64,000 bases of DNA from assembly GCA_013239625.1 (NCBI GenBank), contig MU053472.1, positions 3,383,822-3,447,821 on the forward strand. The letters run 5' to 3'. A model generated the notes under the pieces. It saw only the letters and a program-made list of their open reading frames with translations, had not been told where the DNA came from and did no database searches. Positions within the stretch are counted from its first letter, which is position 1. The number at the start of each line of letters is the position of its first letter. Source of the stretch: Lama guanicoe. Taxonomy: Eukaryota. Positions 39,705 to 52,570 of the stretch are shown piece by piece. A program made the translations under genes and the position numbers.

Positions 39705-40510
39705 TTGCTATGGACCAGTGCCTATATGCCTCCTGTTTTCCCTCTTTTGAAACAGGAAGATTATCTTACTGCTCACCATCGTACGTTGGGTAGTAGTGGG
39801 GAAGCGGGTAGATAATTTGCCTCTTTGGTTCCCAAGTTTTCAGATCAAATGGAACTATGCTGAAGGAGCTGTCATCAACAAATTAAACCCGAGGACTCTT
39901 ATCTGGACCAAACCTCACTGACATCCTGAACCTCAAGCATGAACCTGGTGTCATTAAGGGATGAAGCTGGGAGACTGAGGGGTATTCTGCATGTAGGAAG
40001 GATGTGAATTGTGTGGCCAGAAGAGACTGTGGCAGGCTGTTCTCCCACATGCTCTTTAAGAAACTTACCATTCCACATGAAGAGACAGAATCTGTTTCCC
40101 CTTCTTCAAATGTGAATGAGATGAAAACAGAAGTGGCAAAAGTGATGCTGTGTGATTTCTGAGACTACATGGCACCCCCTGGCTTTCTCTTCTCTCTTCC
40201 TCCCCTTTCTCCTTTTCCTCTCCCTCGTCCCCCCATCTCCTCCCCCTGGGACATGGACAGGCTCATGTGGGTGTCAAATGAGGTTCCCAGTCAATAGCTA
40301 TTATCATCTGCTTGACATGTAATGGCACAGGCCTTCAGATGATACCAGTCCCAGTCTGAGTCTTCCCGCTGAGGCCCCTGTCTCTGAGACAGAGACAAGC
40401 TGACCCTGCTTTACTCAGTTGGAGTTCCTGGCCCAAAGAAACTGTGAGCATAATAAATGATTGTTTTATGCCACTAAGTTCTGTACAATTTGTTACACAG
40501 CCATAACTGA
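39705..40510 (+). mobile_element. MaLR internal 3' end plus MLT1-type LTR (LTR from ~40028), splitting the L2
   Basis: gtggccagaagagac|tgtggcaggctg junction. LTR 3' end tgttttatgccactaagttctgtacaatttgttacacagccataac. Confidence 0.65.
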
Positions 40511-40729
40511 AAACCCAACATTCAGAAGCTTGGTAGGAGAGGAACATTAAACACTGAAAAGAAATAGCAAGATAAGTAAAAGGAGAACCAAGAGAGTAGA
40601 ATATTTGAAGGAGGGAATGGTCAACTGGTCCGATGGTCAATTTGAAGGAGGGAATGGGTCAATACTGCTGAGAAGTCAAATAAGGTAAGAGAAAATTTAG
40701 ATATTGAATTTAGTAACATGTAAATCATT

Positions 40730-41970
40730 GACTGAGTGCCAAGGCAATTCAAAGGTGAAAGAACGGTCTTTTCCACAAATGATGCTGGGATAACTGGATG
40801 TCTACACACAAAATAAACAAGTTACCCTCTTTCCTTACACCATACACAAAAATTTACTCAGAATGGAACAAGGACCTAAATGTGAGCTAAAACTATAAAA
40901 ATCTTGAAAGAAAACATAGGAGTAAAATGTCATGGCCTTGGACTGGGCAACGGTTTTCCTAAATATGACAACCAAAAATACAAGCAACAAAAGAAAAAAA
41001 AGAGTTAAATTGAACTACATCAGAAATGAAAACTTTCATGCCACAAATCAAGAAAGTAAAAATTCAACTCACAGAACAGTAGAAATGTCTGCATATATCT
41101 GATGAGGAACTGGTATCTGGTATAAAGAACTCTTACAACTTAATGATAAAAAGAAAACCCAGTTTTAAAGTGGAAAAGGGGTGTTTCTCCAAAGAAGACA
41201 TACAAATGGCCAATAAACACATGAAAAGATGTTCAACATCATTAGTCATGAAGGAAATGCTAACCAAAACCACAATGAGATACTATTTCAAACCCACAGA
41301 ATGACTATAATCAAAAAGACAGGTAGTGTAGCAAGTGTTGGCAACTACGCGGAAAAATTGGGAACTCCCGTAGATCTCTGGTGGGAATGTGAAATGGTGG
41401 AGCAGCTTTGGCAGTCCTTAAAATCTTACACATAACACTGGATTGGCCTAGCAATTCCACTCATAGGTACATATCCGAGAGAAGCAAAACTATACATCCA
41501 CACAAACACTTGTACATGAATGTTCAAAGTATTACTCGTAATAGCCAAAAGTAGAACCAACCATATGTCCATCAATGGATTATGGACAAATACAAGGCAG
41601 TATATTCATACAAAGGAATATTATTCAGCCATAAAAGAATATTGATATATACAAAAACATGGATAAGACTTGAAGACATTGTGGTAGATGACAGAAGCTA
41701 GTCACAAAAGACCACATATTGTACGATTCCATTTATATGTGAGGTTCAGAATTAGCAAATCCATAGAAACAGTAGAGTAGTGGTGGCCTTGTGCTGTGCC
41801 CAGGGGTGAGGTGAGTAGGGGCGTTTCTTTTGGGGGGTAAGTAAAAATATTCTAAATCTTAGATTATAGTGATGGTTAAACAATTCTGAATATACCAAAA
41901 CCATCGTACACTTTAAATGGGCAACTTTGATGGTATGTGAATTATATCTCAGTGAAGATTTTTAAAAAGT
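40730..41970 (+). mobile_element. L1MB-like 3' end
   Basis: acaccatacacaaaaatttactcagaatgga...aaacacatgaaaagatgttcaacatcattagtc...gaagctagtcacaaaagaccacatattgtacgattccatttatat. Confidence 0.85.
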
Positions 41971-42537
41971 TATTGACTTTGTCAGGAACCATTGAACAGT
42001 GGAAATGAAAGTCAGATTAGAATGAGTTAGTAAATGGGAGGCAAGGAGGTGTGGCAGTGAAGGAAAATGGGGCAGTATCTGAAAGGGGATATAGGGACCA
42101 GGGAAGTTTGTTGTTTTAGAATGGTATCAAATCGGACTGTATACTAAATGAAATCATCCAATACTGAAAGATTGATAGATCACATGGGAGAGAGGCGATG
42201 GCCAAAGGAGCCAAATGCTTGAGAAAGAAAGAAGGGATAAGATCCAATCCATGTATGGAAATGCTAACCTTTGATAGGATGTGGCACATTTCCTTACTGG
42301 AAAAGGAAGGAAGAAAAAGGATACATGTGCAGGTAGGTTTCCAGATTTCTTAGTAGGAAAACAAGAGAATTCTCATCTAATGGTTTGATTCAACAATAAC
42401 TTATTGAGGCTCATCGTGTTACAGGCACTGTTCTAGTGCTCAGGATATATACATATATATGACCATAAAAGACAAAATCCCCGTCTTTGGAGCTTACATT
42501 CTAGAGAACAGCTTCTCAATGAAGTATGAGGCTAGAT

Positions 42538-42716
42538 CAGCAGTTCTCAAACTTGTACACGCATCAGAATCACCTATAGGGGTTGTTAAAACGCAGATTT
42601 CTGGTCTCCATCCTCAGTTTCTGACTCAGTAGGCCCAGAGTCTGAGAATTTTCATTTCTAACATGTTCCCAGATGTTTACACTGCTGGTATGGGGACCAC
42701 ATTTTGAAAACCACTG
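42538..42716. mobile_element. MER5A-like hAT MITE
   Basis: cagcagttctcaaactt...catcagaatcacct...tttctaacatgttccc...ggggaccacattttgaaaaccactg. Confidence 0.82.
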
Positions 42717-45430
42717 GGTTAGATCATCAACTGGGTGGTGAGGGTAGAAAGCACGTGGGGGAGGAGGGATGAAGAGAAAGTAGATATGAAATAGTCCTAT
42801 CAGACAGTAGTAAGACTGTCAGACAATGCTAAGGGATTATTTGAAGTTTGAGACAATTTTTAAATTAAATTAGTCTTTCTGTGTGTATGATTTTCTCCAT
42901 CTATGTTCATGTGCAACAATATATGTAAATTAAAATAATTGTCTAGTTCATCAAGATTTGAAGTTTTGCAAGGTGAGTACTATAAAGCAGAGACATGGAA
43001 GTTGAGAATATGATTACAGTGTTAGACCATGGACTCTAAGTTGGCGAAGAAAGAAACAGACATGAGTTGCAAATCAATGTGGTATAAGTGTAATTAAAAA
43101 ATTACAGTGGAAGTACTTGGGCATATAAACTAAAAGGACAGAATGTTGTAGTCTGAGAACAGAATGCTTGTGTGTACAATTTCGAAGCTGCAGATTTTTG
43201 TGATAACAAGGTTTAGGTGGGACCAAGAAAGTGAGTGGTTTAGTAACAGATAAAATGGCAATGTCCTCAAGGAAAAAAAACTTAGAAAATTATCTTCATC
43301 ATTCATCAGTATTTTCAAATTATAGGTTATGGGCCATTAGTGGATAATTAAATCAATTTATGAATCGTGACCAGCATTAAAAAAAAAAAGTAAATAGGGT
43401 ACATGAGGTAAGGCTAAATATTCCAGATATATATGTAAGTATATACTGAATCCTGATCATGACAGAAAAAAAAATTGAAAGCCACTGCCCTTTAACAATT
43501 ATAAAATAAATTTATGGCATCCCTTGAAATCAAAATGCTTTATAAACAATTACCATTTCTCATTTCACGCTAAGTTAATTGAATTCTTCTTGATGAGTCA
43601 AAGTCTTTCTTCATGGACCTAAACTCTGTCAGCGTGGCTTGTCTTTACCTTTCTATCACGCTTTTACTTGATTAACTGGACACATCCAGATAGTTTGCCT
43701 AAGTGGACTTTTAGTATATAGTTATAACATTTACTTGATCCCTTTGCTGTTTTAAAATTTATATTTAAAAAATTTCTGAAAACCTTTAATGTAATCTTGT
43801 TTCCTAGTGTTCCCGCCCAAAAAGGGTATCTTTTGTGTAATTATTAAACTATCTGGATCTAGGTTCACCAAAGGTAAGAATATAAAAACTTTAGAGAATA
43901 AGGCAAGAACCATTAGTCCCATTAATGTGTCATCTGCAACACATTTTCAGTCACAGTTAATGTAATTTTTTACTTTTTGTCAGACAGAATGAAAATATTT
44001 TCAGTGAAGTAGGGAGAAGGATTAGGTGACTAATAGCTAGATATAAAACATCAAGCTAGTCACCTCACCCACATCAGCTATTCCTACATGTCAGAAAGCT
44101 GTAACACTTAGCATGAATAAGTTCTTACGGTTTTGACTCTGAATTGAAAGTGACTATTTCTGAAAAATCAGAATTGCAAATACATTTTAAAACATAGTCA
44201 CATCAGAGAATATTTAATACGACTCAAATAAAAGCCTATCATTAAAGCTTGTCATTTTGAAGAGAATTACTGAGAGCGACTAACATGATAATAACATGGC
44301 AAACTGCTTTCTCTCATCATTTCTCATACAATGCTTGAAAGATCCTCACACAGAAGGTTTTAAAGTTTTAAAGTTTGGCAAATGTATTGCATAGCAAATA
44401 TCAGAGGAGGACCGATAATCACGGCAGCCTGGAGAAGTGGGGTTACAAATACTATTATGTTAAAAGCACTGCTGCAGTAGAATATGAAATATGATTTGAT
44501 ATTTTTAAATTTTTGCAGTGTGTGTCATTGTGGGGGACTGCTCTTTTAAAATCAAATTAATCTTGTTAGGCCCTTCAAATATAGTCCAAAAACACTCCTT
44601 TGCTATTTACATATATTAACAGATATTTCTAAAGTGCTTACCATTCCTATCTTCAAGCAATTCGCATCCTGAGAACAAAAGGAAATGTGTTTTCATACAT
44701 ACAAATTTGTTATTTTCTTGTTTGTTTTTGGAATCAAAGTACAGACTTTATATATTCATAGATAAAAATTAAATTCTTGTCTAGTTTATGTCTAAGTCAT
44801 ATATAAACTGTATGCATAAACAGCTTTTGAACAATGTTGAAATATCATTAATTAGGGGTCCAGTTAGTTTTCATGTTTAAGTTTGGTCACATAAATAAAA
44901 TATTCCACTTCATCAAAGCTATATGCTAATGAGTACATGAATGCATATTTGGATTTCTGCATATACTGACTCTCTCAACATTATATATTGTGAAGCAGAA
45001 ATCTAGCTCTACTAAGGTTCATTAACTGAACTCTGTAAACAAAGCTAACAATAGGAGTTCTTCAGACACACAGAATATACCCCATTTTCATGAATGTTCT
45101 GACTGCTCGTCCCTGCTGCTCATGTTGGCTAGTGTCATCTTTACCCTCAGAATATCTACCTGGGCAGGTCAGTGTCGAGCCCTCAGTTCCATTTCAGAAA
45201 TAACCAAAGCCCAAAACATGCTTAGTGGAAGATTCTGAATCATAAAAACACATCTGTATTCTAGTGCCCTCCAACAATTCAGTATTAATCAATGTTTATA
45301 CACATTATTTAGTGTTGTTTTATTTTAAATCAGTCTTTTCCAAATTTAAAAAGCAATACAGTATATCTGGGAGCAGTATTTAAGGATGAACCAAAAAAAA
45401 AAAAAAAGGATGAAGCAGATGTTAAGTAAC

Positions 45431-45800
45431 TGTTATGGATTAAAAGTTTCTGCCCCTCCCCTAAATTCATATGTTGAAATTCTAACCCCCAATGTCATGG
45501 TATTTGGAGATGGAGCCTTTGGGAGATGATTAGGTGATGAAAGTGAAGCCCTCATGAATGGGATTAGTGTCCTTAGGAAAAAGACCCCAGAGAGCTCTCT
45601 TTGCCCTTCCACCAGGTGAGGACACAAGGATAAGACAGTTATCTGTAAGCCAGAAAACATGCCCTCAGTAGACACCAAATCTATCAGTGCTTTGATTTTG
45701 TACTTCCTAGTCTTCAGAACTGTGAGAAATAAATTTCTCTTGTTTATAAACCTTCCAGTCTATGGTAATCTGTTAAAGCAGCCCAAATAGACTAAGAAAA
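45431..45800 (+). mobile_element. MaLR solo LTR (MLT1A-like)
   Basis: tgttatggatt...aaattcatatgttgaaattctaacccccaatgtcatggtatttggagatggagcctttgggag...cagaactgtgagaaataaattt...gcagcccaaatagactaaga. Confidence 0.85.
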
Positions 45801-46099
45801 TCATTATGGGAACTACTCACATCATGATCATAATTAGTGGATCAGCATAGAGAAGCAAAACTTCAGTACTGAGTATGTTCATTTCTTATGCTGTAGATTT
45901 CTTTAGATTTCATAATGGGGACAAGTCATAGGAGAATCCTTAGCATGACTTTCACCTACAGTGCTTGCAAGGATTTTTTTTTTTTAAATGAGGAAGAATA
46001 ATCAGGGATCACTACTAACTCTGAAGCCTGGACATAAACAGTTGCACACAAGGGAGACCTAAAATTTCTGCCAACTTATCATTTAATTGCTATTCAGCT

Positions 46100-46280
46100 A
46101 ACTTGTTTGAGACAGGAGGTTATAGCAGAAATAGGAGTTAGAAAGCTGGGTTCTAATGCTAGCTGGGTAACCTTAGAAAAGATGCTTAAACTCTCTGGAT
46201 TTCAGTTTTCTCAATGGGAAAACTAAAGAAATTGAAATAAAATAACTCAAGTCTCTTCCAGTTTAAAATTCTAATTCTAT
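46100..46280. mobile_element. MIR SINE remnant
   Basis: ctgggttctaatgctagctgggtaaccttag...cttaaactctctggatttcagttttctca (MIR core). Confidence 0.65.
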
Positions 46281-48662
46281 GATTCTATTCCAATAAGGTT
46301 TTGAATTTCAAAGATGGGACAAACACAGTTTAAAGGTATAAATTAACACACTTCAGATTCAAACAAATATTTTATATTTACCAGCAGAATGGAAATAAAC
46401 TCTATATATTCCTTTTGTAAGCAATATGGGGATACTCTGCTTAATGAACTAGGTGTCTTCTTAAAAGCTGAATGTATATTTACATTGGTAAACGTAATCA
46501 ATTCTTGCAGTGAATCCACCAGTTAGGAAAGAATTCCTCAGATTTTGTATAGCTTGTTTTCTTAAAGAGACACGTCTATACGATAAACACCAGATAAAAT
46601 AATATTGTTACCAATGGGTTATGAAGCTTTATATTTCAAACAAGAGAGTACAATTTCGTACCTTTTAAAAAATGTTTACAAGGGCTTATTATTCTTTCTC
46701 CCCTCTGTAGGCTGACATGAATCAGATCCTATTTTTCCATTAGAGAAAAGGAAAGGCGTTAGATTGGAACTAAGAAATCTGACCCTTTCAGCACTACATA
46801 CTGCCTGCCATCTTGGTATGAAGCAGAAACCAACAGATAAGTAGATTAGTCTAGCATAAAAACACTTAATTTGCATTCATATACAAATATCATGGGTGCA
46901 TAAGGTCTGTTAGATGGACGGGATAGTATTTTAGTCAGGTCTTTTTTCTAAGTTGACTTGTCAGTATCTTCCACATGCATATGAATACACATTTTAAGAC
47001 TACAAACTGAATTCTTGTTATAAACCAAGCCAGGAAGCATTTTCCTTACAATGACAAACCTACACAAATCACTAAAGACGTTATTAGATAAATTAGAGGT
47101 TTAAAAGTACACCCTTCCTGACACTGGCAATGTGGGCGTCGGCACAGCACCCACAGCTGTGTTTCAGCAGTCTTGGCACAGCATTGCTAAGGTTATAGAA
47201 ATTCTTGGAGGTGGGAAGTTTCCATCAATTAACTTTGAGAGATACTCGTCTGGAGCAGCTTCATCTCAGCCCACGTATTACGATGATGCTACCTACTCAG
47301 CATGTCCTTGCTAGGGTGACGAGACGTAAATGTTGAATTTCTGATCAATCCCCTCCCCCAAGTTAGTCATATGTATTCTAAATCTAGAATAACACATTAA
47401 TTTAAAAATAAAGGCAAATTCTCCACCAGGCTTGGTATTCTTTTTCTTAGTGGACCAAATGGAGTTAAAAATCAGGGCTCAATTTTTTCCTCTTTAAGCT
47501 ATTTTCTTTTCTTTCTATAGCAACCTCTAGGAATGCCACCTGGAGTCAGCTGACTGTAATGCCCACACATCACAGATTCTCTTAGGTTTTCTGAATATAA
47601 ATAATGTTACCTACCAAATGACTAGTTCCTGAAGTTCTGGGTTTGGGGTTCTTATAACAGAAATCTCATTCCCTCTGGTTGCTGTCAGTGTAATCTTAAG
47701 TCATTTGTTCACACTGACCAGGTTGATATTCAAGCAAAGCCAATAGCATCCTAAATTTTCTGTGAACAGCAGTCTAGACGTTACACATTTACCAAAGATC
47801 AAACTACCACTAGTGCCCTAAGACCACAAAAAGAAGAGAGCTTAGCAGTGATTATCTTTTTTGTCATTATTCCTCCATGACTAAAAGGAATTAAATTGCA
47901 CAAGTTTACTGAAACTTGTCAACATCACCAGACGTACCTGTTGCTAGTTCCTACAGTCGATTCTCAGGTTCATCTCACTTAGGAGCATATGAATTCTTAT
48001 TTTCCCCTCAACTTTGATGTACTTCCTTCTCTAGGTTTCTAGAATACCGACTTTCACAGGATTCTGTATTCTCAATCTCCTTTGATGGTTCTTCACTTTC
48101 TTCCTGTACTTGGAATTCCTCTTACCATCTTGTAAGTCTTTTCTTTTCCTTTTTGTATAGCCTTTATCAATTTCTAGCATACTATATGCATTTCTTATTT
48201 CTTATGTTTATTGTTTATTTTATGAACCCATTCTTACTCCCACTAGACTGCAGATGTTTTTGTCTGCTTTTGGTCACTGATGCCTAATGCCCAGATCAGT
48301 GCCTGGCACAGAGTGATCAATAATTATCTGCTGAACACATAAACTTCTGTCTTCTTGATTTATATATGTTTAAGCCATTTCCTGCCTCCTTAGAATGTAC
48401 GTTTCTTGCGAGTCGCAAATCAATACATTTATGAAAGAGCATTCCACATAACATGGTATTGAGTTCTTACGTGTAGGCTACCAAGCTTGGGCTAGCATTA
48501 CTAGACAGGTGATAACCATTGGCAAATGGGAATTACGGTTATATTTACACTTACGCTGACACCTCATTTATACCAGAGGCTTTGGTCCCTTTCACTAAGA
48601 GATAATATATTAAAAAATTTTAAATATGCGTGCCTTTTTAATAGGAACTCTAATTCAACCAA

Positions 48663-48750
48663 TATTTTTCTAATGAAGGCACTGGTGAGTGGACCCAGGA
48701 CTTTGTGCATCCTAAGCACACAATCTACCACTGAGGTATACCTGCCCCCT
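48663..48750 (-). mobile_element. tRNA-derived SINE (Vic-1-like), diverged
   Basis: Reverse complement GGGGGCAGGTATACCTCAGTGGTAGATTGTGTGCTTAGGATGCACAAAGTCCTGGGTCCACTCACCAGTGCC. Confidence 0.7.
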
Positions 48751-48799
48751 TCAAGCAGTACGTTTAAGTGATTGACAAGGTTTAAGAAAGAAGGGGCTT

Positions 48800-50666
48800 C
48801 CAAGAATCCCCAGGCCAAGCATATGGCCAAGTGGGAACCAGGCCCCACTGACCAGGAGGCCAGCAGCAGCTCCACGCACCTTCCAGGCTGCACAGTCAAC
48901 CATATGGGAAGCCTAACCTACTGTCCATTTGGCCCACAGCCACCACACAGGGCACAGTTTCACAGCCAACCAGGCTAAGGGCCAGCCCTGCCTACCAGAG
49001 CACCCACAGTAGTTAGATCATCACAACAGAAGGGCCCATGAATGCAGCCCACCTACAGGGTATACACCTAGAACATATAACTCTAGTGACCAGAAGGGAG
49101 TGGGCTCTGGGGCCCCATAGGACATCTCCTGAAAAAGGCCACTTCTCCAAGATCAGGAAACATAATCAACACACAGAAATAAACAGAGAATTGGGCAAAA
49201 TGAGGAGACAAAGAAATATGTTCCAAACAATGGAACAAGACAAAAATTCAGAAAAGGAATTGAATGTGGAGACTAGTAATCTACCCAATAAAGAGTTCAA
49301 GGTAATGATCATAAGGATGCTCACCAAACATAGAAGACGAACAGATGAACACAGTGAGAATTCTAACAAAGAGTTAGAAAACATAAAGAGGAAGCAAACA
49401 GAGCTAAAGAATACAATAACTGAAATTTAAAAATACACAAGAAGTAATCAACAGTAGATTAGATTATACAGAGTAATGGATCAGTGATCTGGAAAACAGA
49501 GTAGTGGAAATCATCCAAACTGAATAGAAAAAAAGACAATTTTTTTCAAAGCAGGATAGTTTAAGAGACCCCTGAGACAACATTAAACATACTAACATTT
49601 GCATTACAGAAGTCACATAAGGAGAAGAGAGAGGGAAAGGAGCAGAGAAATTATTTGAAGAAATAATAGCTAAAAAATTCCCTGACCTGGGAAAGGAAAC
49701 AGATAATCAGATCCAGGAAGCACTGAGTCCCAAATAAGATGAACCCAAAGAGATTTATACCAAGACATATTATAATTAAAACGGCAAAAATTAAAGATAG
49801 AATCTTAAAAGAGAAAAGCAACTAGTGAGGTACAAGGGAACTCCCATTAGACTATCAGCTGACTTTTTAGCAGATACTCTGCAAGTCAGAAAGGAGTGAC
49901 ATGTTACATTCAAAGTGATAAAGGGAAAAAATCTACAGCCAAGCATAATCTATTTGGCAAGGTTATCATTCAGATTTAAAGGAGAGATAAAAAGTTTTAC
50001 AAACAAAAGCTAAAAGAGTTCCACTAAACCAGTACCACTAAACCAGCTTTAAAAGAAATGTTAAAGGGACTTCTTCTCTAAGGGGGAAGGAAAAGCCTCC
50101 AATGAGAAATATAAAAATTATGAAAAGAAAAATCTCACTGGTAAAGACAAACATACAATAAAGGTAGTATCTCGACCACTTACATAGCTAGTAGAAAGGT
50201 TAAAAGAAAAGCAGTAAAATCATCTGTATCTACAGTAAGCAAGTAGTTAAGGGATACACAAAACAAAAAGATGTGAAATACGACATCAAAAACATTAAAT
50301 GTGGTGGGGGGAGTAAACATGTAGGGTGGTTAAAATGCATTTGAACTTAAGAGATCATCAACTTAAACCTCATGGTAACCACAAACCAAAACCTACAATA
50401 GATACATATACAAAAAAGAGAAAGGAATCCAAACAAAACACTAAAGATAGTCATCAAATCACAGGGGAGGACAAGCAAAAGAAGAAAAAAGAAACAAAAA
50501 CAACCAGAAAACAATTAACAAAATGGGAGTAAGTATATACCTATCAATAATTATTTTAAATGTAAATAGATTAAAATGCTCCAGTCAAAGACACAGAGCG
50601 GCTGAATGGATAACAAAACAAGACACATACAAGACATTCACTTCAGGTCTAAAGACACACAAAAAC
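48800..50666 (+). mobile_element. L1 5' part: 5'UTR, degenerate ORF1, inter-ORF spacer and start of ORF2
   Basis: ORF1-like KMRRQRNMFQTMEQDKNSEKELN..LPNKEFKVMIIRML. ORF2 start MGVSIYLSIIILNVNRL at 50523 (endonuclease N-terminus). Confidence 0.88.
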
Positions 50667-52570
50667 AGGCCTAGGGTTTATTGGCCAATTGGCACATCTT
50701 GCCATACAGCGGAGCCATGTGCCTGGCTCCCACGTCCTGCAGCCAAGTTGCCTTACACCCTCTCCTCAGAGTGGTCCTGCTCTGGGCTGGCTCAGCAAGG
50801 CAAGGACTACAGCCTGGCAGTGGAATGGCGCCCGAGGCCCAGGATGGTGATCTTTTGTGTGTCTGTGAGTTACTCCAGTTGATAGAACAAGGAGGAGAAG
50901 CGCACTGTCTTTTTCCTCCGGTTTCCCCTAAAGGACTCAAAATGTCTGATCCAGTGATTAAAAGCTGTTCAGAAGGATAACTGGATCCCCACTAAGTACT
51001 CTTTACTCTGTAGTAAACATTTCTCCAGATAGCTTCCAAGAGGCTGGCGGACAGCACTGACTGCGCAAGCTCACGGCCATGCTTCCAAATTCCACCTGAC
51101 TGAGAAGAGAGCTGGAGGACACAGCTACACCAGGAGAAAGGATACCAGAAGGGCCTCAGGGCATGAGGGTGCATGTGACTGAAGCAGAAAGGAAAGGAGC
51201 TGCAGGGTCATCAACATCCTCAAGTGAAAACCCAATGGCCAAGCTAGAGTCCTGAAAATTGGAGTGAGATACACTGTAGGGTAAACTGCACCCAGGGCCA
51301 CCCAGGAAGCCACCAGTCAGAAACCGACACAGCAGTCTCTGGAAGAATCACAGGAGAGAGTCTGGCCACTGCAGTGTCAGACAGCCAGGGAGAAGCAAAT
51401 ACATCTGTAGATGCTGGCAATGAGACCACCTCCTCCCCTGAGAGATAAGAGTGGCATTTCCATAGATGACTTTACACTCACAGGGTCTAGGGCATGCAAA
51501 TTTATTGGCTCACTTCATTCTTACAGTTTCTCCTCCAAGCACATGGAAAGAGGCTGTCTGTTCCCTTAAACCCTGTGGAACAAGAGGCTGAAGAGAGACA
51601 TGGAGCCTGGCTGCAGCAGGACGAGCCTGGGGCCCTACAAGGGCTTGGCATTGAGCCCCTGAAGTTTGTCACTCACAGCAATGCCTCAGAAGCCCTTCCA
51701 GAGCCCCTCCACCCCTCTGACAGATGTCACCTTGAAGCCAGGCATTTAAGCTGTGCTAAGTGAGCACGGTGACACCAGCCCCATGTTCATCAAAGACGTC
51801 ATCCTGTCAGCACTGGGGACCTGCAAACTCTTCAACTCGCTGCTCACCTACTGCTTCTCCTCCTGGCAGAACAAGAACCAAGTGTGCTGCCTGTGGGAAC
51901 AGGAGGAGAAGAACGGCAAACTGAAGACCCTGAAACAGAGGGTCAAGCTGCTCGGACAGCCAGGTGTGTGGTGAGCTGAGGAGAAGCTGGACCAGCTGAA
52001 GAGAGTGTGCTTCCCCTACCTGAGCAGTGTACTGCTCCCTTACCCCCAACCCAGCAATTAGTACCAGAGCTTTAAGGCTCCCACACTGCCTTGCTATTAT
52101 GAGGCAGGGTTCTTGCTATGCACTGACGGCTTCTGAGCACTTCCATGTGTTGCATGCTTCCTGCTGTCTTTGTAAAGGTTCTGATAGTAGCTGTACCTTG
52201 TAAAAGAGGAACCAGATTGGTGAGCTTATCTCATTTGCTCCAGGGCACTCAAGAGGCATCTGTAGGAATAAGGGTTTAGCTAGTGAGAAAGAAGGCATTT
52301 CATGTCAGCTAGGAAAGCCAGAACTACTCAATGAATCGTTGACTTTTTTCCACTTGAATGGGAGAAGTCCCTTTCTATTGCATATCTCACACAAACATAA
52401 AATCTTAATGAGGTAGTTATCTACATGTAAATAAAACAGACATAGGAAACTATTAGAAAATTATAGGAGACTCTTAAAATCATGAGTTTTTTTCTGTTCA
52501 TGTTCTAATGAATATCACTGAAGTTAAAACATCTTGAGCATTAAAAATAATTTCTTCAAAATAAAAAAAA
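50667..52570 (+). pseudogene. THAP4: THAP4 processed pseudogene (5'UTR, THAP domain and coiled coil; no nitrobindin domain), inserted in L1 ORF2
   Basis: ATG at 50844 reads MVIFCVSVSYSS**NKEEKRTVFFLRFPLKDSKCLIQ*LKAVQKDNWIPTKYSLLCSKHF, resembling the THAP4 N-terminus. 51753-51974 reads SEHGDTSPMFIKDVILSALGTCKLFNSLLTYCFSSWQNKNQVCCL, resembling the THAP4 central region. Intronless, with stops and frameshifts. ATTAAA 52540-52545, A-tail ~52558-52570, degraded TSD aaagacacacaaaaac / aaagaacacaaagac. Confidence 0.92.

Noticed and set aside
50844..51030. Active THAP/P-element transposase or functional THAP gene
   Set aside because: Multiple in-frame stops and loss of zinc-ligand Cys residues; the sequence follows cellular THAP4, not a transposase
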